Origin: the human T2T-CHM13v2.0 reference genome, Homo sapiens
Assembly: GCF_009914755.1 (NCBI RefSeq)
Contig: NC_060932.1
Direction: 5' to 3' (one strand)
DNA: 64,000 bases
This document shows, piece by piece, positions 27,581 through 42,100 of this stretch. The position numbers and the translations under genes are program-made. Below the pieces are notes generated by a model that searched no databases, was not told the origin of the DNA, and saw nothing but the letters and a program-made list of their open reading frames with translations. How positions within the stretch are numbered: the stretch's first letter is position 1; each line of letters opens with the position of its first letter.

Positions 27581-29966
27581 GAAGTAATCTCAGAAACATG
27601 TTTATGCTGTATGTACTCAACTAACTGTGCTGAACATTTCTATTGATAGAGCAGTTTTGAGACACTCTTCTTTTGGAATCTGCAAGTGGATATTTGGATA
27701 GATTTGAGGATTTCGTTGGAAACGGGATTATATATCAAAAGTAGACAGCAGCATTCTCAGAAACTTCTTTGTGATGTTTGCATCCAGCTCTCAGAGTTGA
27801 ACATTCCCTTTCATAGAGTAGGTTTGAAACCCTCTTTTTATAGTGTCTGGAAGCGGGCATTTGGAGCGCTTTCAGGCCTATGCTGAAAAAGGAAATATCT
27901 ACCTATAGAAACTAGACAGAAGCATTCTGAGAATCACGTTTGTGATGTGGGTACTCAACTAACAGTGTTGATCCATTCTTTTGATACAGCAGTTTTGAAC
28001 CACACTTTTTGTAGAATCTGCAAGTGGATATTTGGATAGCTGTGAGGATTTCGTTGGAAACGGGAATGTCTTCATAGAAAATTTAGACAGAAGCATTCTC
28101 AGAACCTTGATTGTGATGTGTGTTCTCCACTAACAAAGTTGAACCTTTCTTTTGACAGAACTGTTCTGAAACATTCTTTTTATAGAATCTGGAAGTGGAT
28201 ATTTGGAAAGCTTTGAGGATTTCGTTGGAAACGGGAATATCTTCAAATCAAATCTAGCCAGAAGCATTCTAAGAAACATCTTAGGGATGTTTACATTCAA
28301 GTCACAGAGTTGAACATTCCCTTTCACAGAGCAGGTTTGAAACAATCTTCTCGTACTATCTGGCAGTGGACATTTTGAGCTCCTTGGGGCCTATGCTGAA
28401 AAAGGAAATATCTTCCGACAAAAACTAGACAGAAGCATTCGCAGAATCACGTTTGTGATGTGTGCACTCAACTGTCAGAATTGAACCTTGGTTTGGACAG
28501 AGCACTTTTGAAACACTCTTTTTGTAGAATCTGCAGGTGGATATTTGGCTAGCTTTGAGGATTTCGTTGGAAACGGTAATGTCTTCAAAGAAAATCTAGA
28601 CAGAAGCATTCTCAGAAACACCTTCGTGATGTTTGCAATCAAGTCACAGAGTTGAACCTTCCGTTTCATAGAGCAGGTTGGAAACACTCTTTTTGTAGTA
28701 TCTGGAAGTGGACATTTGGAGGGCTTTGTAGCCTATCTGGAAAAAGGAAATATCTTCCCATGAATGCGAGATAGAAGTAATCTCAGAAACATGTTTATGC
28801 TGTATCTACTCAACTAACTGTGCTGAACATTTCTATTGATAGAGCAGTTTTGAGACACTCTTCTTTTGGAATCTGCAAGTGGATATTTGGATAGATTTGA
28901 GGATTTCGTTGGAAACGGGATTATATATCAAAAGTAGACAGCAGCATTCTCAGAAACTTCTTTGTGATGTTTGCATCCAGCTCTCAGAGTTGAACATTCC
29001 CTTTCATAGAGTAGGTTTGAAACCCTCTTTTTATAGTGTCTGGAAGCGGGCATTTGGAGCGCTTTCAGGCCTATGCTGAAAAAGGAAATATCTACCTACA
29101 GAAACTAGACAGAAGCATTCTGAGAATCACGTTTGTGATGTGGGTACTCAACTAACAGTGTTGATCCATTCTTTTGATACAGCAGTTTTGAACCACACTT
29201 TTTGTAGAATCTGCAAGTGGATATTTGGATAGCTGTGAGGATTTCGTTGGAAACGGGAATGTCTTCATAGAAAATTTAGACAGAAGCATTCTCAGAACCT
29301 TGATTGTGATGTGTGTTCTCCACTAACAGAGTTGAACCTTTCTTTTGACAGAACTGTTCTGAAACATTCTTTTTATAGAATCTGGAAGTGGATATTTGGA
29401 AAGCTTTGAGGATTTCGTTGGAAACGGGAATATCTTCAAATCAAATCTAGCCAGAAGCATTCTAAGAAACATCTTAGGGATGTTTACATTCAAGTCACAG
29501 AGTTGAACATTCCCTTTCACAGAGCAGGTTTGAAACAATCTTCTCGTACTATCTGGCAGTGGACATTTTGAGCTCCTTGGGACCTATGCTGAAAAAGGAA
29601 ATATCTTCCGACAAAAACTAGACAGAAGCATTCGCAGAATCACGTTTGTGATGTGTGCACTCAACTGTCAGAATTGAACCTTGGTTTGGACAGAGCACTT
29701 TTGAAACACTCTTTTTGTAGAATCTGCAGGTGGATATTTGGCTAGCTTTGAGGATTTCGTTGGAAACGGTAATGTCTTCAAAGAAAATCTAGACAGAAGC
29801 ATTCTCAGAAACACCTTCGTGATGTTTGCAATCAAGTCACAGAGTTGAACCTTCCGTTTCATAGAGCAGGTTGGAAACACTCTTTTTGTAGTATCTGGAA
29901 GTGGACATTTGGAGGGCTTTTTAGCCTATCTGGAAAAAGGAAATATCTTCCCATGAATGCGAGATA
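27581..29966 (+). repeat. Two 7-mer HORs (27581, 28774)
   Basis: 1193-bp spacing. Confidence 0.95.
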
Positions 29967-31322
29967 GAAGTAATCTCAGAAACATGTTTATGCTGTATCT
30001 ACTCAACTAACTGTGCTGAGCATTTCTATTGATAGAGCAGTTTTGAGACACTCTTCTTTTGGAATCTGCAAGTGGATATTTGGATAGATTTGAGGATTTC
30101 GTTGGAAACGGGATTATATATAAAAAGTAGACAGCAGCATTCTCAGAAACTTCTTTGTGATGTTTGCATCCAGCTCTCAGAGTTGAACATTCCCTTTCAT
30201 AGAGTAGGTTTGAAACCCTCTTTTTATAGTGTCTCGAAGCGGGCATTTGGAGCGCTTTCAGGCCTATGCTTAAAATAGGAAATATCTACCTACAGAAACT
30301 AGACAGAAGCATTCTGAGAATCACGTTTGTGATGTGGGTACTCAACTAACAGTGTTGATCCATTCTTTTGATACAGCAGTTTTGAACCACACTTTTTGTA
30401 GAATCTGCAAGAGGATATTTGGATAGCTGTGAGGATTTCGTTGGAAACGGGAATGTCTTTAAAGAAAATCTAGACAGAAACATTCTCAGAAACACCTTCA
30501 TGATGTTTGCAATCAAGTCACAGAGTTGAACCTTCCGTTTCATAGAGCAGGTTGGAAACACTCTTTTTGTAGTATCTGGAAGTGGACATTTGGAGCGCTT
30601 TCAGGCCTATGGTGAAAAAGGAAATATCTTCCCATAAAAACGACATAGAAGCTATCTCAGGAACTTGTTTATGATGCATCTAATCAACTAACAGTGTTGA
30701 ACCTTTGTACTGACAGAGCACTTTGAAACACTCTTTTTTTGGAATCTGCAAGTGGATATTTGGATCGCTTTGAGGATTTCGTTGGAAACGGGATGCAATA
30801 TAAAACGTACACAGCAGCATACTCAGAAAATACTTTGCCATATTTCCATTCAAGTCACAGAGTGGAACATTCCCATTCATAGAGCAGGTTGGAAACACTC
30901 TTTTTGGAGTATCTGGAAGTGGACATTTGGAGCGCTTTCTGAACTATGGTGAAAAAGGAAATATCTTCCAATGAAAACAAGACAGAAGCATTCTGAGAAA
31001 CTTATTTGTGATGTGTGTCCTCAACAAACGGACTTGAACCTTTCGTTTCATGCAGTACTTCTGGAACACTCTTTTTGAAGATTCTGCATGCGGATATTTG
31101 GATAGCTTTGAGGATTTCGTTGGAAACGGGCTTACATGTAAAAATTAGACAGCAGCATTCTCAGAAACTTCTTTGTGGTGTCTGCATTCAAGTCACAGAA
31201 TTGAACTTCCCCTCACATAGAGCAGTTGTGCAGCACTCTATTTGTAGTATCTGGAAGTGGACATTTGGAGGGCTTTGTAGCCTATCTGGAAAAAGGAAAT
31301 ATCTTCCCATGAATGCGAGATA
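29967..31322 (+). repeat. One 8-mer HOR
   Basis: 1356 bp. Confidence 0.95.
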
Positions 31323-32515
31323 GAAGTAATCTCAGAAACATGTTTATGCTGTATCTACTCAACTAACTGTGCTGAACATTTCTATTGATAGAGCAGTTTT
31401 GAGACACTCTTCTTTTGGAATCTGCAAGTGGATATTTGGATAGATTTGAGGATTTCGTTGGAAACGGGATGATATATAAAAAGTAGACAGCAGCATTCTC
31501 AGAAACTTCTTTGTGATGTTTGCATCCAGCTCTCAGAGTTGAACATTCCCTTTCATAGAGTAGGTTTGAAACCCTCTTTTTATAGTGTCTGGAAGCGGGC
31601 ATTTGGAGCGCTTTCAGGCCTATGCTGAAAAAGGAAATATCTACCTATAGAAACTAGACAGAAGCATTCTGAGAATCACGTTTGTGATGTGGGTACTCAA
31701 CTAACAGTGTTGATCCATTCTTTTGATACAGCAGTTTTGAACCACACTTTTTGTAGAATCTGCAAGTGGATATTTGGATAGCTGTGAGGATTTCGTTGGA
31801 AACGGGAATGTCTTCATAGAAAATTTAGACAGAAGCATTCTCAGAACCTTGATTGTGATGTGTGTTCTCCACTAACAGAGTTGAACCTTTCTTTTGACAG
31901 AACTGTTCTGAAACATTCTTTTTATAGAATCTGGAAGTGGATATTTGGAAAGCTTTGAGGATTTCGTTGGAAACGGGAATATCTTCAAATCAAATCTAGC
32001 CAGAAGCATTCTAAGAAACATCTTAGGGATGTTTACATTCAAGTCACAGAGTTGAACATTCCCTTTCACAGAGCAGGTTTGAAACAATCTTCTCGTACTA
32101 TCTGGCAGTGGACATTTTGAGCTCCTTGGGGCCTATGCTGAAAAAGGAAATATCTTCCGACAAAAACTAGACAGAAGCATTCGCAGAATCACGTTTGTGA
32201 TGTGTGCACTCAACTGTCAGAATTGAACCTTGGTTTGGACAGAGCACTTTTGAAACACTCTTTTTGTAGAATCTGCAGGTGGATATTTGGCTAGCTTTGA
32301 GGATTTCGTTGGAAACGGTAATGTCTTCAAAGAAAATCTAGACAGAAGCATTCTCAGAAACACCTTCGTGATGTTTGCAATCAAGTCACAGAGTTGAACC
32401 TTCCGTTTCATAGAGCAGGTTGGAAACACTCTTTTTGTAGTATCTGGAAGTGGACATTTGGAGGGCTTTGTAGCCTATCTGGAAAAAGGAAATATCTTCC
32501 CATGAATGCGAGATA
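31323..32515 (+). repeat. One 7-mer HOR
   Basis: 1193 bp. Confidence 0.95.
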
Positions 32516-35500
32516 GAAGTAATCTCAGAAACATGTTTATGCTGTATCTACTCAACTAACTGTGCTGAACATTTCTATTGATAGAGCAGTTTTGAGACAC
32601 TCTTCTTTTGGAATCTGCAAGTGGATATTTGGATAGATTTGAGGATTTCGTTGGAAACGGGATTATATATCAAAAGTAGACAGCAGCATTCTCAGAAACT
32701 TCTTTGTGATGTTTGCATCCAGCTCTCAGAGTTGAACATTCCCTTTCATAGAGTAGGTTTGAAACCCTCTTTTTATAGTGTCTGGAAGCGGGCATTTGGA
32801 GCGCTTTCAGGCCTATGCTTAAAATAGGAAATATCTACCTACAGAAACTAGACAGAAGCATTCTGAGAATCACGTTTGTGATGTGGGTACTCAACTAACA
32901 GTGTTGATCCATTCTTTTGATACAGCAGTTTTGAACCACACTTTTTGTAGAATCTGCAAGAGGATATTTGGATAGCTGTGAGGATTTCGTTGGAAACGGG
33001 AATGTCTTCAAAGAAAATCTAGACAGAAGCATTCTGAGGAACAACTTCGTGATGTTTGCAATCAAGTCACAGAGTTGAACCTTCCGTTTCATAGAGCAGG
33101 TTGGAAACACTCTTATTGTAGTATCTGGAAGTGGACATTTGGAGCGCTTTCAGGCCTATGGTGAAAAAGGAAATATCTTCCCATAAAAACGACATAGAAG
33201 CTGTCTCAGGAACTTGTTTATGATGCATCTAATCAACTAACAGTGTTGAACCTTTGTACTGACAGAGCAGTTTGAAACACTCTTTTTTTGGAATCTGCAA
33301 GTGGATATTTGGATCGCTTTGAGGATTTCGTTGGAAACGGGATGCAATATAAAACGTACACAGCAGCATACTCAGAAAATACTTTGCCATATTTCCATTC
33401 AAGTCACAGAGTGGAACATTCCCATTCATAGAGCAGGTTGGAAACACTCTTTTTGGAGTATCTGGAAGTGGACATTTGGAGCGCTTTCTGAACTATGGTG
33501 AAAAAGGAAATATCTTCCAATGAAAACAAGACAGAAGCATTCTGAGAAACTTATGTGTGATGTGTGTCCTCAACAAACGGACTTGAACCTTTCGTTTCAT
33601 GCAGTACTTCTGGAACACTCTTTTTGAAGATTCTGCATGCGGATATTTGGATAGCTTTGAGGATTTCGTTGGAAACGGGCTTACATGTAAAAATTAGACA
33701 GCAGCATTCTCAGAAACTTCTTTGTGGTGTCTGCATTCAAGTCACAGAATTGAACTTCCCCTCACATAGAGCAGTTGTGCAGCACTCTATTTGTAGTATC
33801 TGGAAGTGGACATTTGGAGGGCTTTGTAGCCTATCTGGAAAAAGGAAATATCTTCCCATGAATGCGAGATAGAAGTAATCTCAGAAACATGTTTATGCTG
33901 TATCTACTCAACTAACTGTGCTGAACATTTCTATTGATAGAGCAGTTTTGAGACACTCTTCTTTTGGAATCTGCAAGTGGATATTTGGATAGATTTGAGG
34001 ATTTCGTTGGAAACGGGATTATATATAAAAAGTAGACAGCAGCATTCTCAGAAACTTCTTTGTGATGTTTGCATCCAGCTCTCAGAGTTGAACATTCCCT
34101 TTCATAGAGTAGGTTTGAAACCCTCTTTTTATAGTGTCTGGAAGCGGGCATTTGGAGCGCTTTCAGGCCTATGCTTAAAATAGGAAATATCTACCTACAG
34201 AAACTAGACAGAAGCATTCTGAGAATCACGTTTGTGATGTGGGTACTCAACTAACAGTGTTGATCCATTCTTTTGATACAGCAGTTTTGAACCACACTTT
34301 TTGTAGAATCTGCAAGAGGATATTTGGATAGCTGTGAGGATTTCGTTGGAAACGGGAATGTCTTCAAAGAAAATCTAGACAGAAGCATTCTCAGAAACAC
34401 CTTCGTGATGTTTGCAATCAAGTCACAGAGTTGAACCTTCCGTTTCATAGAGCAGGTTGGAAACACTCTTATTGTAGTATCTGGAAGTGGACATTTGGAG
34501 CGCTTTCAGGCCTATGGTGAAAAAGGAAATATCTTCCCATAAAAACGACATAGAAGCTATCTCAGGAACTTGTTTATGATGCATCTAATCAACTAACAGT
34601 GTTGAACCTTTGTACTGACAGAGCACTTTGAAACACTCTTTTTTTGGAATCTGCAAGTGGATATTTGGATCGCTTTGAGGATTTCGTTGGAAACGGGATG
34701 CAATATAAAACGTACACAGCAGCATACTCAGAAAATACTTTGCCATATTTCCATTCAAGTCACAGAGTGGAACATTCCCATTCATAGAGCAGGTTGGAAA
34801 CACTCTTTTTGGAGTATCTGGAAGTGGACATTTGGAGCGCTTTCTGAACTATGGTGAAAAAGGAAATATCTTCCAATGAAAACAAGACAGAAGCATTCTG
34901 AGAAACTTATTTGTGATGTGTGTCCTCAACAAACGGACTTGAACCTTTCGTTTCATGCAGTACTTCTGGAACACTCTTTTTGAAGATTCTGCATGCGGAT
35001 ATTTGGATAGCTTTGAGGATTTCGTTGGAAACGGGCTTACATGTAAAAATTAGACAGCAGCATTCTCAGAAACTTCTTTGTGGTGTCTGCATTCAAGTCA
35101 CAGAATTGAACTTCCCCTCACATAGAGCAGTTGTGCAGCACTCTATTTGTAGTATCTGGAAGTGGACATTTGGAGGGCTTTGTAGCCTATCTGGAAAAAG
35201 GAAATATCTTCCCATGAATGCGAGATAGAAGTAATCTCAGAAACATGTTTATGCTGTATCTACTCAACTAACTGTGCTGAACATTTCTATTGATAGAGCA
35301 GTTTTGAGACACTCTTCTTTTGGAATCTGCAAGTGGATATTTGGATAGATTTGAGGATTTCGTTGGAAACGGGATGATATATAAAAAGTAGACAGCAGCA
35401 TTCTCAGAAACTTCTTTGTGATGTTTGCATCCAGCTCTCAGAGTTGAACATTCCCTTTCATAGAGTAGGTTTGAAACCCTCTTTTTATAGTGTCTGGAAG

Positions 35501-37939
35501 CGGGCATTTGGAGCGCTTTCAGGCCTATGCTTAAAATAGGAAATATCTACCTATAGAAACTAGACAGAAGCATTCTGAGAATCACGTTTGTGATGTGGGT
35601 ACTCAACTAACAGTGTTGATCCATTCTTTTGATACAGCAGTTTTGAACCACACTTTTTGTAGAATCTGCAAGAGGATATTTGGATAGCTGTGAGGATTTC
35701 GTTGGAAACGGGAATGTCTTCAAAGAAAATCTAGACAGAAGCATTCTCAGAAACACCTTCGTGATGTTTGCAATCAAGTCACAGAGTTGAACCTTCCGTT
35801 TCATAGAGCAGGTTGGAAACACTCTTATTGTAGTATCTGGAAGGGGACATTTGGAGCGCTTTCAGGCCTATGGTGAAAAAGGAAATATCTTCCCATAAAA
35901 ACGACATAGAAGCTGTCTCAGGAACTTGTTTATGATGCATCTAATCAACTAACAGTGTTGAACCTTTGTACTGACAGAGCAGTTTGAAACACTCTTTTTT
36001 TGGAATCTGCAAGTGGATATTTGGATCGCTTTGAGGATTTCGTTGGAAACGGGATGCAATATAAAACGTACACAGCAGCATACTCAGAAAATACTTTGCC
36101 ATATTTCCATTCAAGTCACAGAGTGGAACATTCCCATTCATAGAGCAGGTTTGAAACACTCTTTTTGGAGTATCTGGAAGTGGACATTTGGAGCGCTTTC
36201 TGAACTATGGTGAAAAAGGAAATATCTTCCAATGAAAACAAGACAGAAGCATTCTGAGAAACTTATTTGTGATGTGTGTCCTCAACAAACGGACTTGAAC
36301 CTTTCGTTTCATGCAGTACTTCTGGAACACTCTTTTTGAAGATTCTGCATGCGGATATTTGGATAGCTTTGAGGATTTCGTTGGAAACGGGCTTACATGT
36401 AAAAATTAGACAGCAGCATTCTCAGAAACTTCTTTGTGGTGTCTGCATTCAAGTCACAGAATTGAACTTCCCCTCACATAGAGCAGTTGTGCAGCACTCT
36501 ATTTGTAGTATCTGGAAGTGGACATTTGGAGGGCTTTGTAGCCTATCTGGAAAAAGGAAATATCTTCCCATGAATGCGAGATAGAAGTAATCTGAGAAAC
36601 ATGTTTATGCTGTATCTACTCAACTAACTGTGCTGAACATTTCTATTGATAGAGCAGTTTTGAGACCCTCTTCTTTTGGAATCTGCAAGTGGATATTTGG
36701 ATAGATTTGAGGATTTCGTTGGAAACGGGATTATATATAAAAAGTAGACAGCAGCATTCTCAGAAACTTCTTTGTGATGTTTGCATCCAGCTCTCAGAGT
36801 TGAACATTCCCTTTCATAGAGTAGGTTTGAAACCCTCTTTTTATAGTGTCTGGAAGCGGGCATTTGGAGCGCTTTCAGGCCTATGCTTAAAATAGGAAAT
36901 ATCTACCTACAGAAACTAGGCAGAAGCATTCTGAGAATCACGTTTGTGATGTGGGTACTCAACTAACAGTGTTGATCCATTCTTTTGATACAGCAGTTTT
37001 GAACCACACTTTTTGTAGAATCTGCAAGAGGATATTTGGATAGCTGTGAGGATTTCGTTGGAAACGGGAATGTCTTCAAAGAAAATCTAGACAGAAGCAT
37101 TCTGAGGAACACCTTCGTGATGTTTGCAATCAAGTCACAGAGTTGAACCTTCCGTTTCATAGAGCAGGTTGGAAACACTCTTATTGTAGTATCTGGAAGT
37201 GGACATTTGGAGCGCTTTCAGGCCTATGGTGAAAAAGGAAATATCTTCCCATAAAAACGACATAGAAGCTATCTCAGGAACTTGTTTATGATGCATCTAA
37301 TCAACTAACAGTGTTGAACCTTTGTACTGACAGAGCAGTTTGAAACACTCTTTTTTTGGAATCTGCAAGTGGATATTTGGATCGCTTTGAGGATTTCGTT
37401 GGAAACGGGATGCAATATAAAACGTACACAGCAGCATACTCAGAAAATACTTTGCCATGTTTCCATTCAAGTCACAGAGTGGAACATTCCCATTCATAGA
37501 GCAGGTTGGAAACACTCTTTTTGGAGTATCTGGAAGTGGACATTTGGAGCGCTTTCTGAACTATGGTGAAAAAGGAAATATCTTCCAATGAAAACAAGAC
37601 AGAAGCATTCTGAGAAACTTATTTGTGATGTGTGTCCTCAACAAACGGACTTGAACCTTTCGTTTCATGCAGTACTTCTGGAACACTCTTTTTGAAGATT
37701 CTGCATGCGGATATTTGGATAGCTTTGAGGATTTCGTTGGAAACGGGCTTACATGTAAAAATTAGACAGCAGCATTCTCAGAAACTTCTTTGTGGTGTCT
37801 GCATTCAAGTCACAGAATTGAACTTCCCCTCACATAGAGCAGTTGTGCAGCACTCTATTTGTAGTATCTGGAAGTGGACATTTGGAGGGCTTTGTAGCCT
37901 ATCTGGAAAAAGGAAATATCTTCCCATGAATGCGAGATA
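32516..37939 (+). repeat. Four 8-mer HORs (32516, 33872, 35228, 36584)
   Basis: 1356-bp spacing. Confidence 0.95.
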
Positions 37940-39132
37940 GAAGTAATCTCAGAAACATGTTTATGCTGTATCTACTCAACTAACTGTGCTGAACATTTCT
38001 ATTGATAGAGCAGTTTTGAGACACTCTTCCTTTGGAATCTGCAAGTGGATATTTGGATAGATTTGAGGATTTCGTTGGAAACGGGATGATATATAAAAAG
38101 TAGACAGCAGCATTCTCAGAAACTTCTTTGTGATGTTTGCATCCAGCTCTCAGAGTTGAACATTCCCTTTCATAGAGTAGGTTTGAAACCCTCTTTTTAT
38201 AGTGTCTGGAAGCGGGCATTTGGAGCGCTTTCAGGCCTATGCTGAAAAAGGAAATATCTACCTATAGAAACTAGACAGAAGCATTCTGAGAATCACGTTT
38301 CTGATGTGGGTACTCAACTAACAGTGTTGATCCATTCTTTTGATACAGCAGTTTTGAACCACACTTTTTGTAGAATCTGCAAGTGGATATTTGGATAGCT
38401 GTGAGGATTTCGTTGGAAACGGGAATGTCTTCATAGAAAATTTAGACAGAAGCATTCTCAGAACCTTGATTGTGATGTGTGTTCTCCACTAACAGAGTTG
38501 AACCTTTCTTTTGACAGAACTGTTCTGAAACATTCTTTTTATAGAATCTGGAAGTGGATATTTGGAAAGCTTTGAGGATTTCGTTGGAAACGGGAATATC
38601 TTCAAATCAAATCTAGCCAGAAGCATTCTAAGAAACATCTTAGGGATGTTTACATTCAAGTCACAGAGTTGAACATTCCCTTTCACAGAGCAGGTTTGAA
38701 ACAATCTTCTCGTACTATCTGGCAGTGGACATTTTGAGCTCCTTGGGGCCTATGCTGAAAAAGGAAATATCTTCCGACAAAAACTAGACAGAAGCATTCG
38801 CAGAATCACGTTTGTGATGTGTGCACTCAACTGTCAGAATTGAACCTTGGTTTGGACAGAGCACTTTTGAAACACTCTTTTTGTAGAATCTGCAGGTGGA
38901 TATTTGGCTAGCTTTGAGGATTTCGTTGGAAACGGTAATGTCTTCAAAGAAAATCTAGACAGAAGCATTCTCAGAAACACCTTCGTGATGTTTGCAATCA
39001 AGTCACAGAGTTGAACCTTCCGTTTCATAGAGCAGGTTGGAAACACTCTTTTTGTAGTATCTGGAAGTGGACATTTGGAGGGCTTTGTAGCCTATCTGGA
39101 AAAAGGAAATATCTTCCCATGAATGCGAGATA
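37940..39132 (+). repeat. One 7-mer HOR
   Basis: 1193 bp. Confidence 0.95.
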
Positions 39133-42100
39133 GAAGTAATCTCAGAAACATGTTTATGCTGTATCTACTCAACTAACTGTGCTGAACATTTCTATTGATA
39201 GAGCAGTTTTGAGACACTCTTCTTTTGGAATCTGCAAGTGGATATTTGGATAGATTTGAGGATTTCGTTGGAAACGGGATTATATATAAAAAGTAGACAG
39301 CAGCATTCTCAGAAACTTCTTTGTGATGTTTGCATCCAGCTCTCAGAGTTGAACATTCCCTTTCATAGAGTAGGTTTGAAACCCTCTTTTTATAGTGTCT
39401 GGAAGCGGGCATTTGGAGCGCTTTCAGGCCTATGCTTAAAATAGGAAATATCTACCTACAGAAACTAGACAGAAGCATTCTGAGAATCTCGTTTGTGATG
39501 TGGGTACTCAACTAACAGTGTTGATCCATTCTTTTGATACAGCAGTTTTGAACCACACTTTTTGTAGAATCTGCAAGAGGATATTTGGATAGCTGTGAGG
39601 ATTTCGTTGGAAACGGGAATGTCTTCAAAGAAAATCTAGACAGAATCATTCTGAGGAACACCTTCGTGATGTTTGCAATCAAGTCACAGAGTTGAACCTT
39701 CCGTTTCATAGAGCAGGTTGGAAACACTCTTATTGTAGTATCTGGAAGTGGACATTTGGAGCGCTTTCAGGCCTATGGTGAAAAAGGAAATATCTTCCCA
39801 TAAAAACGACATAGAAGCTGTCTCAGGAACTTGTTTATGATGCATCTAATCAACTAACAGTGTTGAACCTTTGTACTGACAGAGCAGTTTGAAACACTCT
39901 TTTTTTGGAATCTGCAAGTGGATATTTGGATCGCTTTGAGGATTTCGTTGGAAACGGGATGCAATATAAAACGTAAACAGCAGCATACTCAGAAAATACT
40001 TTGCCATATTTCCATTCAAGTCACAGAGTGGAACATTCACATTCATAGAGCAGGTTTGAAACACTCTTTTTGGAGTATCTGGAAGTGGACATTTGGAGCG
40101 CTTTCTGAACTATGGTGAAAAAGGAAATATCTTCCAATGAAAACAAGACAGAAGCATTCTGAGAAACTTATTTGTGATGTGTGTCCTCAACAAACGGACT
40201 TGAACCTTTCGTTTCATGCAGTACTTCTGGAACACTCTTTTTGAAGATTCTGCATGCGGATATTTGGATAGCTTTGAGGATTTCGTTGGAAACGGGCTTA
40301 CATGTAAAAATTAGACAGCAGCATTCTCAGAAACTTCTTTGTGGTGTCTGCATTCAAGTCACAGAATTGAACTTCCCCTCACATAGAGCAGTTGTGCAGC
40401 ACTCTATTTGTAGTATCTGGAAGTGGACATTTGGAGGGCTTTGTAGCCTATCTGGAAAAAGGAAATATCTTCCCATGAATGCGAGATAGAAGTAATCTCA
40501 GAAACATGTTTATGCTGTATCTACTCAACTAACTGTGCTGAACATTTCTATTGATAGAGCAGTTTTGAGACACTCTTCTTTTGGAATCTGCAAGTGGATA
40601 TTTGGATAGATTTGAGGATTTCGTTGGAAACGGGATTATATATAAAAAGTAGACAGCAGCATTCTCAGAAACATCTTTGTGATGTTTGCATCCAGCTCTC
40701 AGAGTTGAACATTCCCTTTCATAGAGTAGGTTTGAAACCCTCTTTTTATAGTGTCTGGAAGCGGGCATTTGGAGCGCTTTCAGGCCTATGCTTAAAATAG
40801 GAAATATCTACCTACAGAAACTAGACAGAAGCATTCTGAGAATCACGTTTGTGATGTGGGTACTCAACTAACAGTGTTGATCCATTCTTTTGATACAGCA
40901 GTTTTGAACCACACTTTTTGTAGAATCTGCAAGAGGATATTTGGATAGCTGTGAGGATTTCGTTGGAAACGGGAATGTCTTCAAAGAAAATCTAGACAGA
41001 AGCATTCTCAGAAACACCTTCGTGATGTTTGCAATCAAGTCACAGAGTTGAACCTTCCGTTTCATAGAGCAGGTTGGAAACACTCTTATTGTAGTATCTG
41101 GAAGTGGACATTTGGAGCGCTTTCAGGCCTATGGTGAAAAAGGAAATATCTTCCCATAAAAACGACATAGAAGCTATCTCAGGAACTTGTTTATGATGCA
41201 TCTAATCAACTAACAGTGTTGAACCTTTGTACTGACAGAGCAGTTTGAAACACTCTTTTTTTGGAATCTGCAAGTGGATATTTGGATCACTTTGAGGATT
41301 TCGTTGGAAATGGGATGCAATATAAAACGTACACAGCAGCATACTCAGAAAATACTTTGCCATGTTTCCATTCAAGTCACAGAGTGGAACATTCCCATTC
41401 ATAGAGCAGGTTGGAAACACTCTTTTTGGAGTATCTGGAAGTGGACATTTGGAGCGCTTTCTGAACTATGGTGAAAAAGGAAATATCTTCCAATGAAAAC
41501 AAGACAGAAGCATTCTGAGAAACTTATTTGTGATGTGTGTCCTCAACAAACGGACTTGAACCTTTCGTTTCATGCAGTACTTCTGGAACACTCTTTTTGA
41601 AGATTCTGCATGCGGATATTTGGATAGCTTTGGGGGATTTCGTTGGAAACGGCCTTACATGTAAAAATTAGACAGCAGCATTCTCAGAAACTTCTTTGTG
41701 GTGTCTGCATTCAAGTCACAGAATTGAACTTCCCCTCACATAGAGCAGTTGTGCAGCACTCTATTTGTAGTACCTGGTAGTGGACATTTGGAGGGCTTTG
41801 TAGCCTATCTGGAAAAAGGAAATATCTTCCCATGAATGCGAGATAGAAGTAATCTCAGAAACGTGTTTATGCTGTATCTACTCAACTAACTGTGCTGAAC
41901 ATTTCTATTGATAGAGCAGTTTTGAGACACTCTTCTTTTGGAATCTGCAAGTGGATATTTGGATAGATTTGAGGATTTCGTTGGAAACGGGATTATATAT
42001 AAAAAGTAGACAGCAGCATTCTCAGAAACATCTTTGTGATGTTTGCATCCAGCTCTCAGAGTTGAACATTCCCTTTCATAGAGTAGGTTTGAAACCCTCT

